From a cyanobacterium endosymbiont of Rhopalodia gibba (GTDB lineage Bacteria; Cyanobacteriota; Cyanobacteriia; Cyanobacteriales; Microcystaceae): a DNA stretch of 64,000 bases. The notes under the pieces were generated by a model that did no database searches, was not told the origin of the DNA, and saw only the letters and a list, made by a program, of their open reading frames with translations. The stretch spans positions 1,632,001-1,696,000 of the forward strand of contig CP067995.1 of the NCBI GenBank assembly GCA_045159875.1, written 5' to 3'. Within the stretch, counting starts at the first letter, position 1. Each line of letters begins with the position of its first letter. A program made the position numbers and the translations under genes. Positions 45,767-55,200 of this stretch are shown one piece after another.

Positions 45767-46786
45767 TTAGCCTAGAAAAGGTCGAAAACCATGTTTCATA
45801 GAAGCTTCGCCAATTTGTTCCATTTTGCCAACAGTGATTTGATTACGACCCCAAGAAAAATTGGTGTGCCAGCCTTCAAATTCTAATAAAATACCCTCAG
45901 CAAAACAGGCAAACATTTGGCGAGAAGGAATATCCATGTTGACAATCTCCATGATTTTCCAGTTGATATCAAGAGAATGCTCAACGATTCCTCCTTTAAG
46001 GATATGAACATCGGGATGTTTAATTTTAGTTCCTAAATTTTTTGGATAGCCGCCATCTATGACAATAGCAGGCTTTTTCAAGATCTCGGGGTCTATTTCC
46101 ATCCCTTTGGGCATACTGGCTACCCAAACAATTATGTCAGCCTGGGGCAATGCTTCTTCTAGCCCCACAATTCTACCTCGTCCCAATTCTCCTCGTAGTG
46201 TTTGTAATCGTTTTTGATTTCGAGCAATTAGTAATAATTCGGCTACATCAGTTTTTCTATCTAACCAACGACAGACTGCACTGCCAATGTCACCTGTTGC
46301 CCCACACACAGCAACTGTTGCTCGAGATAAGTCAATACCAAGTTGAGCTGATGCTTGTTCAAGCTGGCGACAGACAATATAGGCGGTGTGAGTATTGCCT
46401 GTGGTAAAGCGTTCAAATTCTAACTCCACATTGCGGACTTGCTTGTTGTCTTTAAGGTTGAATTCTTCAAAAATAATCGAGGAAAATCCTCCCAATGCAG
46501 TGATATTAATGTTTGATTTTTGGGCTAAGGCCATGGCATTTAGAATCTTACGAATAGCAGCTTTAATCCGTCTATTTGTAAGCATTTCTGGTAGAAAACA
46601 AGATTCTATATATTTTCCCTCGATGGTTTGTCTCGTTAGACTAGTGACATGAAAATTATCAACAATTTGTGGTGGAGCTGAACACCAAAAATCAAGACTT
46701 TGATTGGCGTATTCAGAGTAGCCGAGAGCATGGGCAACGGCTTGAGCGTGTTCCAAACTGGTAAGATGACCGATCAGACCAAACAT
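45767..46786 (-). CDS. aar: Long-chain acyl-ACP reductase (alkane pathway)
   Basis: [59 protein letters not shown]. Confidence 0.96.
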   Translation of the reverse strand: MFGLIGHLTSLEHAQAVAHALGYSEYANQSLDFWCSAPPQIVDNFHVTSLTRQTIEGKYIESCFLPEMLTNRRIKAAIRKILNAMALAQKSNINITALGGFSSIIFEEFNLKDNKQVRNVELEFERFTTGNTHTAYIVCRQLEQASAQLGIDLSRATVAVCGATGDIGSAVCRWLDRKTDVAELLLIARNQKRLQTLRGELGRGRIVGLEEALPQADIIVWVASMPKGMEIDPEILKKPAIVIDGGYPKNLGTKIKHPDVHILKGGIVEHSLDINWKIMEIVNMDIPSRQMFACFAEGILLEFEGWHTNFSWGRNQITVGKMEQIGEASMKHGFRPFLG

Positions 46787-47419
46787 TGATTGTTTTTAGG
46801 TTAAACTATGCTTATGAGAAGCAGGAAATTAAAGAAGACAGGATTTAGATAATATTAAGACTGTTAACAATATTACATAAAAATACCCCTCTTGGAGAAG
46901 AACAGCTTATTGAGATTTTTTCTGAGAAAGAGAATTTAAGCTCGCAAAGTGTTGTGCTTAGTGTCTAAATTCCGGTAGTTGTACGTTTAATCGGCCGTCT
47001 AATCAAAGTTTAAGTGCCCGTGTGTGTGTTCATGATAATTGGTAGTTATGTCCATAAAAGTAGCAAAATATTCTAATTTATCTTCTGAATATTCAATAAA
47101 ATAACTAAATTTATGAAATAAGTATTTAGAGGTCAATGAGTTTCATTATTATTGAGTTTTTTCGAGTACAGATCATCTAAACTCTATTAAATCTTGATAA
47201 TAAAATCAAGCCCTAGAGGAATTAAAGTATTAATACAAACCAATAGTGCTAGCATTGGTGTTAATGATTTTCTCCTATCTTTTTCTAACGACACGACAAG
47301 ATCTTCAATACTATATAATCCGAAAAAGTTCACTGATTTTAATATCAAATCTGAAGTTTATTTTTTATATAAATTTGAAATAATTCAGCTTAAAAAGTTT
47401 AAAAATGAAACCTATCATC

Positions 47420-47900
47420 TACTTTGTTGGCTAAAGTAGTCGCTCATAAGGTACTATTGATGCAATCAACGCTTTGATATAGCTAAACAGCTTATATTCG
47501 TTTCCCCTCTAACATTACGTATGGTATTCTCAAATTCAACTAAATTCTTCCATTCCCTAAAACGACAAAATCAAGAGTTTTTAGTACCTTAATAGTTAAG
47601 TTATTGGTTGATGGCTCATTAACCAATTCATGAATAGGCTTACTCACTACTGTTACCTATACTTAATTTGTCACTGATTAACAATTAAGTATAGGCAATC
47701 CATCAATATTAAATTTCTATAGCCAAGTCTAGCAAGCACTTTCAATTAAGGAGAGAGCACAAGTCGATATTTTTATTTGGAGATAATTAACGACTAAATT
47801 TATTGCCGCACCATTTCCCTGTTGAACTTCAGCATAAACATCATTTTTTTGTAAATTCTGCTTATATCTAGTAATAATACTGGGATTGTTCAAAATATAT
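47420..47900 (-). pseudogene. Possible remnant of a GH13 (TreZ/branching-enzyme-like) gene
   Basis: Minus-strand fragments GAAINL and LIESAC*TWL*KFNIDGL resemble WGAAINF and FIxNALYWLxEFxIDGLRLD. Very degraded, ends approximate. Confidence 0.3.
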
Positions 47901-48609
47901 AAATTGCCGTCACTGCCATTTCTTAACTATCTTTATTTAATTTGTCCTCAGCAAAGTATTTTTTCTCTTTGGTATATATTCATTTTTTTCGCAATTGTCA
48001 CCGGTAGAGAAAAAAAATCGATTCAAGCGCCTTCGAGTAGAAGACTAACACACAATAGCACTTACTCTCTGTTAACCACTTTCTTGTTGTACTGTATCAA
48101 ATTGTGCTGTATTAAATTTTAAAAGAGTTTTAGTGATCAAGTCGTTAGAAAAAAAATGTAAAAATTAACAAAATAACGATTATTTTACAAAATTACAAAA
48201 ATATTTTACTTTTACTTTTTTTTGTTTTGAAAGTATTTTTTTTGTGATTCTCCATTTAAGAGTCTTTTTGATTCTGCTTCTAGATAAGCATTTAAAATAC
48301 ATGATATTTTAGAATTTAATTAGTATTAAATTTTGCTTAAAACTACTAATTTTAATTCATGGCTTATAATTTTTTTTACTTTTTTAAAAAACCAATAGTT
48401 AAGAAAAATCTGTTTATAAATTAGTATAAATTTAATTTTATACAAACGTAAATTTTTATTATCAATACTTGGAATAATTAACCTTTAAGTATTGACTTAA
48501 ATAGCTCAAATTTTTAGATAATTAACACTAAAATAACATATGTATAACAATATTAATATCTTTTATGACAATTAAAATATTTTTTATATTCAGAATGTAG
48601 TAGTCTATT

Positions 48610-48637
48610 TTAGAAGAAAATTGTAATTTTCTTCTAA
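48610..48637. repeat. Perfect 13-bp-arm inverted repeat with 2-nt loop
   Basis: TTAGAAGAAAATT / GT / AATTTTCTTCTAA. Confidence 0.75.
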
Positions 48638-49060
48638 TTCTTAATAAAGATCGTAAAATAAATCGCTATCCTCAACTTAAGCGTCTCTTTTTTAAAAAAA
48701 TTAGTAGAAAAATCAATAAAACCCGTCATTGCGTAATTTTTTGTGGAGAATACGACTAAATTAATTCTATACTGCTTCAAACAAAAATCTTAATTTAATA
48801 TCAATAAGAAAAAGTATCAAAGAATAGATACAAATGTCAGTATGGTTTTAGCGATAAACAGTGAATACTCAGATAACGTAACAATAGTTGAGGATAATTT
48901 ACTCTTAACCTCTGCAAAATCTCGATTAAAAATAATCCATATTTAATGGTTAGACACTCATCTCTATACACAATTAGAGAAACTTTTCTCCTGGCTAAAA
49001 TTAAGGTAGTCATAGAAGTGACAGGGACAGTGTATAATCACCCATTATTAGAAAGTTCCT

Positions 49061-49108
49061 AAAAAAGTTAGAGGATAATTGAATGAAAGATTATCCTCTA
49101 ACTTTTTT
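49061..49108. repeat. Perfect 19-bp-arm inverted repeat
   Basis: AAAAAAGTTAGAGGATAAT / 10 nt / ATTATCCTCTAACTTTTTT. Confidence 0.92.
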
Positions 49109-50231
49109 GGGACTAATTTATCTTAGATATTTAATATTTCCATTAATTTAATCTTCTTGCTCATTGTAATGTGATCAGAAATCAAAGATACTTAAATTTT
49201 TCAGTTTATTTCAGTTAAAAGTACTATTTTAGTCACATCGACAGCTTCACCACAGATTAAACATTTATCTGCGTGAACACTATCACTGATATTTTTGAGA
49301 TACACGCTACAAGCGTTACTTTTCATTTTCTAGTCCTTAATTTATATCTCCTTCTTAGTGAGGAAGGATAATTAAGAAAGATAAAGATAAAGTAAGATAG
49401 CATACAAAAGTTAAAATCTTTCTCTTACTAGTCTTCTAAGAAACATCTTCGCGAAGTTATGATTGCGTGTAACTAAAACTCCTAATCAACATCAGTCACT
49501 AACTTTTATAAAAGGTCTATTGCTGCTGGCTATTGTAATTTTTTAAGATACAAGAGTACATTTTGTTTAATTTGAATTTGTTTAGTCATTTTCTGTCGAT
49601 AATAAAAAAACAATTAAAATTTAGATAAATTAGGCTTATAGTACAGAACTATATTCTCATCTTAAATAAATGATAATAGCCTGATACACTCTTAAATTAC
49701 CTCAATTAAGTTTTTTTTTAGAAAAACTTAATCTCCTGAGTTATTCCTGTCTAAGCCAACACCCTTACCATTTCTTATTTAAGGTTTAGGGAAATGTCTG
49801 GAGATTTTAGCATGATGAATAAGTCCTTTTCTACTTGACTATCCCCTATTAGTCTTAGAACTAAGATAGTTTGTCAAAAAACTTATTTATTTATCTTGTA
49901 GAATAAGGGCTTAATTTAATTAACTAGAGTAAATTTATCCTCAAATTAATATTATATTTTTACTACAATTAAAGTTTACTGCCTGACAGTTGAGGTAGAA
50001 TATTGTACAGATCTTATTAAGAAGTAGGTTAAATGTTATTCCTTAAAATTGTCAAAATTTTTATCATAATTGTATGAACTTAAAAAATATAATTGTCAAT
50101 AACATAAATTACTGTTCAAAGGAGTATAGTCATCAGAAAAGAGCAGATTATGCTTATGAACATACAATACTTAATCAATAACTCACTTAAAACTGTAATA
50201 TGCATACACTCCCTTAGTAACTTTAGTTACT

Positions 50232-50270
50232 AACTATTCGAGAAAAAAAGTACTTTTTTTTCGAATAGTT
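50232..50270. repeat. Loop-less palindrome, 19 bp paired with a single-nt bulge
   Basis: AACTATTCGA(G)AAAAAAAGT|ACTTTTTTTTCGAATAGTT. Confidence 0.88.
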
Positions 50271-50938
50271 TAGAGTATCTTAAATACGTTGAATACACTA
50301 ATAAATTCTGAGATTAGTATTTTTATTTTTAAGAAAATTGAGTAAAAGTACGATTGCTCTTTTCTCTAAAATTAGGAAGAGTTTAGTTATTCCATCTTTT
50401 TATTCAAAATCTATTTCTATAAGAATTTATGTGACTAAATTTAAAATCTTTTATTGTCAATCTTTCCCAATACTTGCTGCTGAAAACTCTGGCACTAAAA
50501 AAAAGTTACTGTAAATAGTAATTTACCAAAGTTGCTTTCACTACATTAAGAATAACAGTTTTAGTTCTTAATTAATTCATTAAAAAATATATAAAAATCA
50601 ACAATTAAACTAGCTTTTTAGGGAAAATTTTAGTAAGGAGATAGCACTTTTCGGTAATGTTTATATTTTCTCCTCAAATTATGTGAATTTAAATGCATTT
50701 AAATATTAATTACTTTAAAAAAAATTTTAATTTTTTTTAAGTTTTTACTGCTATTTTTTCTATTTATATTTAATAATTAAAAATTATTTTCTATAAAAAA
50801 CAGTTAATAAATAATAAATTTTCTTATGTATTTCCTTCAAAGTTAAGCATAGACTAATTAAATTATAGCTGGCTTGATTTCTTGTCGATCTTCTCGAAAT
50901 CACTGATAATTAATAATCAGTCTTTCATTAAAAGTCCT

Positions 50939-52546
50939 GTGTCTAACCAGAAAAAAGTCTCTCGTTCCCTATTCAGTATTGCAAGTATTGTTGCCCTAGC
51001 TACCCTCATTAGTAAAATCTTTGGTTTAGTCCGAGAACAAGTGATCGCCGCGGCTTTTGGAGTGAGTTCAGTAGTTAATGCCTATGCCTATGCCTACGTC
51101 ATTCCAGGTTTTCTCTTAATCCTTTTAGGAGGGATCAATGGACCGTTTCATAGTGCTTTAGTTAGTGTTCTTGCTAAACGAAACAAGTCTGAAGCCGCGT
51201 CTCTTGTAGAAACAGTAACTACCTTAGTAAGCATTATTTTACTGATGACTACCATTACCTTGATTATCTTTGCGGGAACATTTATTGATATCCTAGCCCC
51301 AGGATTAGAAGAACAAACTAGGGCGATTGCAGTTCAACAATTACGAATCATGGCTCCTTTAGCCCTCTTAGCAGGACTCATCGGTATTGGGTTTGGTAGT
51401 CTTAATGCGGCCAATCACTATTGGCTACCCAGTATTAGTCCTCTGTTTTCAAGTTTAGCAATTGTGATCAGTGTAGGAATTTTCGCTTGGTCAGTGGGTA
51501 CTCAAATCAATTCCCCTCAATATATTCAGCTAGGGGGAATAGTTTTAGCCGGAGGAACCCTTGTTGGTGGGACTTTACAGTGGGTTATCCAATTAATCAC
51601 CCAAAGTCGTGTTGGGATGGGAAAATTACGTTTGCGTTTTGATTGGCGTACGCCAGGGGTGATGGATGTGATACGAGTTATAGGACCTGCTACTCTTTCA
51701 TCAGGAATGTTACACGTTAATGTTTATACTGATCTCTTTTTTGCGTCGTTTATTCAAAATGCAGCAGCTGCCATGCGGTATGCTAATTTTGTTGCCCTAA
51801 CACCTTTGGGAATCATTTCTAACATGATTTTAGTTCCCTTTTTACCTGTTTTTTCTCGTTTAACAACTCCAGAAAATTGGCCAGAATTAAAGTTAAGAAT
51901 TCGTCAAGGACTATTCTTAGCTGCTTTAACAATGCTTCCTTTAACAGCTACTTTTATTGCCCTTGCTCCTTTAATTATTAAAGTAATTTACCAACGAGGA
52001 GCTTTCAAGTCAACCGATGTAGATATTGTTGTTCCAGTTTTGATGGCCTATGGATTGGGAATGTTCTTTTACTTAGGTCGGGACATTTTAGTTAGAGTAT
52101 TTTATGCTTTGGGAGATGGAGAAACTCCTTTTAAGGTGAGTGTTTTTAACATTTTCCTCAACGGATTACTTGATTTTTTATCATATAAACCTTTTGCTAC
52201 TCCAGGATTAGTGTTGGCTACTATTGGAGTAAATATTACATCGATGATGATATTTTTATGGATTTTAAATCGCCGTCTTCATGGTTTACCATTGAAAGAA
52301 TGGGGGCTTTCTTTATTGGGATTGACGGTAATTAGTTGTATAGCCGGAGCAGGAAGTTGGGTAATTAGTCTAGCTTGGGAACAACTATTAGGAAGTAATA
52401 ATCTATTGCTACAATTGTTACAATTAACTCTAGCGTTAGGAGTTGCTTTTGGTCTCTTTGTTGTTCTGTCTCTGCAATTAAAACTGCCTGAAGTTGATAT
52501 CTTACTCTCTCGCATTCGTCATAAGTTCAATAAAGCTTATGAATAG
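50939..52546 (+). CDS. murJ: Lipid II flippase MurJ (MviN)
   Basis: ATLISKIFGLVREQVIAAAFG, LLGGINGPFHSA, IYQRGAF, RVFYALGDGETPF. Likely GTG start at 50939. Confidence 0.95.
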   Translation: MSNQKKVSRSLFSIASIVALATLISKIFGLVREQVIAAAFGVSSVVNAYAYAYVIPGFLLILLGGINGPFHSALVSVLAKRNKSEAASLVETVTTLVSIILLMTTITLIIFAGTFIDILAPGLEEQTRAIAVQQLRIMAPLALLAGLIGIGFGSLNAANHYWLPSISPLFSSLAIVISVGIFAWSVGTQINSPQYIQLGGIVLAGGTLVGGTLQWVIQLITQSRVGMGKLRLRFDWRTPGVMDVIRVIGPATLSSGMLHVNVYTDLFFASFIQNAAAAMRYANFVALTPLGIISNMILVPFLPVFSRLTTPENWPELKLRIRQGLFLAALTMLPLTATFIALAPLIIKVIYQRGAFKSTDVDIVVPVLMAYGLGMFFYLGRDILVRVFYALGDGETPFKVSVFNIFLNGLLDFLSYKPFATPGLVLATIGVNITSMMIFLWILNRRLHGLPLKEWGLSLLGLTVISCIAGAGSWVISLAWEQLLGSNNLLLQLLQLTLALGVAFGLFVVLSLQLKLPEVDILLSRIRHKFNKAYE

Positions 52547-52761
52547 ACTAAGTAAAACCTAATACACTCAGTTTTTAGCCTGGCAAAAAAATTTAGAAGA
52601 AGTTTTGAGAGCCTAAGCTAATACTCCTCAGAAAGTTTTTGACAACCTGGGTGGGCTATGTTAACTTTTGTAATCAACTAAGTAATTACTAGTTTCAAAA
52701 AGTATCAGCCCACCTGAACAATTACTAAATCAAAAGAAGACTTAGTGTTTTATTCATCAGT

Positions 52762-52920
52762 TTACTCATCTTTATCTTGACTCTCGTTACTATTGCTGTT
52801 CTGATTACCAGCATGGTGTCTACCTCGAGACGAAAATCGAGAAGATTTCTGACGAAACTGACGAGCATAAGCTTGATTCCGTTCAGCTTTCTCTTTTTTT
52901 AGATTACGACGCTTAGCCAC
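52762..52920 (-). CDS. Small basic protein, 52 aa (MAKRRNLKKEKAERNQAYARQFRQKSSRFSSRGRHHAGNQNSNSNESQDKDE), missed by the ORF track
   Basis: GTG start preceded by GAGGAA SD, open to TAA at 52764-52762, higher GC than flanks. A GGTGGGCT...AGCCCACC hairpin lies downstream (about 52650-52715). Confidence 0.75.
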   Translation of the reverse strand: MAKRRNLKKEKAERNQAYARQFRQKSSRFSSRGRHHAGNQNSNSNESQDKDE

Positions 52921-53112
52921 TATGATTTCCTCAATAATTTAGATAGGATGGACATAAAAAAGCTACTCTAAAGATTAACTCTAGTTGACTTTGACCAAGT
53001 GTTTATGGATTGAAAATAGAAAGTTTAGAGCCGAATAGTTTCTGTGACCTGTCCTGCTATATAAGCTTTTGCTATTTTCATTAGGTCTAGTTTTATTAAC
53101 CTTAAGGTGTTG

Positions 53113-53150
53113 CCTCATCCACTCCGCCTGATAGGGCGGAGTGGATGAGG
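53113..53150. repeat. GC-rich perfect 16-bp-arm hairpin followed by a T-rich tract (terminator-like or REP/IS-end-like)
   Basis: CCTCATCCACTCCGCC / TGATAG / GGCGGAGTGGATGAGG then TATTTTCTTTTT. Confidence 0.9.
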
Positions 53151-53237
53151 TATTTTCTTTTTCTTACAATTAGCCATTTTAAAATAGCTGAACTCCTGCA
53201 TTCTTTGAGTTTCACACTCAGTGAAGAACTCCCTTAG

Positions 53238-53279
53238 GTATTCTTCAGTAATCTCGAAAGAGAGATGACTGAAGAATAC
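53238..53279. repeat. Inverted repeat, 17/18 bp paired
   Basis: GTATTCTTCAGT-A-ATCTC / GAAAGA / GAGAT-G-ACTGAAGAATAC. Confidence 0.88.
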
Positions 53280-53893
53280 TGACATGGGATAATCTCTTTA
53301 TTCAGATATTATGCAGAAATATCAAGACAAGACTCCGGAGAACAGCCTGCCAACGATTAATCTGGAAGAAACCTAACTAAATAGTAACAACAAAACTTAA
53401 TCACCGATCTTTATTTCCATTACCAAACCATATCTTAGCACTTTCTGCTAACTTAAAGCAAATTTTAAATGTCTCCTTATGTATCACTCGAGTTTCTATT
53501 ATTTGCTACAACGATTATTTACAATCAAATAACAAATATTTTAAATAATTAGTTAAATTATCTTAATATGAAGAAAATTACTAACTATTTTTTAAGTTTT
53601 TTTAGTTAAAATAAAAAACAGTGATTAATCATGATCAACAGTAGTTATTTTAATACTAGTAATATCTGTCTTCTTGAGCTCAGAAATAGCTTATTTATTG
53701 ATTAAAAAACTTAGTATCATAGGCTTTTAAAAAAAGTGACAAACACAATACTATCAATTGAGTATTTCTAAACTTTTTTTCCACAGGAAATTTTATCTTT
53801 CCATCAAGGTGAAATTTGTGATAGGATACTCTGGACTGAACCATTTTCAAACAACATAACCTGGAACTAATAGAAATACAATACAAATATCAA

Positions 53894-54790
53894 ATGCCAG
53901 AAAATGAATTGTCTCAAGAACAGTTGATTTTTTTGTTAGAAACAACTGCTCAACAACTAGATAGAGTTGTCAAAATACTTAAAAGAGCATCTCCTGAGAA
54001 ATTTCCGACCACAAACACTGTAGAAACTTTAGTGAAAACGACTCAGATGATTGTGGCAGATCTTGAGTCTTCCCCTATGCCCCCTATGCCTGAAGTTGTC
54101 CTCCCAACCTCACATAAACAAATCATCGCAGAATGGCATAAATCAACTAGACCTGAGCCCTCAAAACCATTATCAATACCTACTACTGAGTTTGGGAATT
54201 TTACTGGATTTAAAACTTGGTGGGATAGCTTTTTAAGAGCTTTTCGCTTGATTTTGCCCTCTAGTTGGGATAATAACCTATCCGATTGGGCAATTATTGT
54301 CATTATCACCACTATACTAATTTTAATCTTATCCAGCTCAATTTTGCTATTTTCTAGACTCTTAACTCCTTTAGCTGAAGATACTTCTATCACCTCTAAA
54401 CCAAAAGTTGTAGCCGTCTCCCCCCCATTAAAATCGCTTAAAATACCTCAATCCATGGAAATGTTGTCACCTTCTGAACCAAGATTTACTCCAGAACAAA
54501 ATCTGATCGAGGCGATTCGACATGACATTCTTGATTTAAAAAATCAGTATCCGGAAGAGTTAATAGGTCCAATTGAAGCCAATTTTAAAGAAAGCTATTT
54601 GATGGTAACATTAGGGAAACAATGGTATGAATTAACATCTAAAAGACAAGATACATTGGCTAACAATATTTTTAAAAATTCTCAACATTTAAATTTTTAC
54701 AAGCTAAAAATGATTGATTATCAAGGAAATTTAATTGCCCATAGTCCAGTAGTAGGAGATAAAATTATTGTTTATCGTCGAAAAATTTAG
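53894..54790 (+). CDS. Hypothetical membrane-anchored Pro-rich protein
   Basis: 298-aa ORF with one central TM helix. C-terminal TPEQNLI...IEANF...WYEL...QGNLIAHSPVVG domain of cyanobacterial type. Confidence 0.8.
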   Translation: MPENELSQEQLIFLLETTAQQLDRVVKILKRASPEKFPTTNTVETLVKTTQMIVADLESSPMPPMPEVVLPTSHKQIIAEWHKSTRPEPSKPLSIPTTEFGNFTGFKTWWDSFLRAFRLILPSSWDNNLSDWAIIVIITTILILILSSSILLFSRLLTPLAEDTSITSKPKVVAVSPPLKSLKIPQSMEMLSPSEPRFTPEQNLIEAIRHDILDLKNQYPEELIGPIEANFKESYLMVTLGKQWYELTSKRQDTLANNIFKNSQHLNFYKLKMIDYQGNLIAHSPVVGDKIIVYRRKI

Positions 54791-54843
54791 ATGATTAATT
54801 TTAATCTTATAATTCAACTTAAATTGAGGAATTTACAATACTG

Positions 54844-55101
54844 ATGGTAGACTCAATCTTGTATCAAGATGATGTTTTCATTGTTATCGAAGCAGATCAA
54901 TCAGAACAAATTTTTACTCCCCAAGAGTTATTAGAAAAACTCAAAAAAATTCTGTTGACTCGCCAAAATAATTTACCTAGAGAATTGAAGAAATTTACTT
55001 TAGTTGACGAACAGGCAGAGTATTTGAAAAATAATTTTTGTGAACTTGATATAGGCTCTAATACCTATTTACAATGGTATGCAATTCGCTTAGAAAAATA
55101 A
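54844..55101 (+). CDS. crr7: Chlororespiratory reduction 7 (CRR7/DUF3571), NDH-1 assembly factor
   Basis: YQDDVFIVIE..QSEQIFTPQELLEKL...CELDIG..YLQWYAIRLEK. Confidence 0.85.
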   Translation: MVDSILYQDDVFIVIEADQSEQIFTPQELLEKLKKILLTRQNNLPRELKKFTLVDEQAEYLKNNFCELDIGSNTYLQWYAIRLEK

Positions 55102-55200
55102 TTATGCTGATTACTCCCTCGAGAAAATTTATAGTTAGGAAACAAAAATTCACTTAATCGAGTCCCAAGATTTTAGTCATCGTTAATCAATAACGAATCA

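Noticed and set aside
46863..46876. NtcA-like site (GTT-N8-TAC) upstream of aar
   Set aside because: One mismatch to GTA-N8-TAC in AT-rich DNA with no clearly positioned -10, so not distinguishable from chance.
6327..53886. AT-rich intergenic ORFs (6327-6578, 12496-12786, 22118-22381, 29701-29889, 45490-45681, 47194-47439, 47886-48122, 53695-53886)
   Set aside because: Low-complexity I/L/K/F/N composition, no SD or motif support. Expected by chance in AT-rich DNA.
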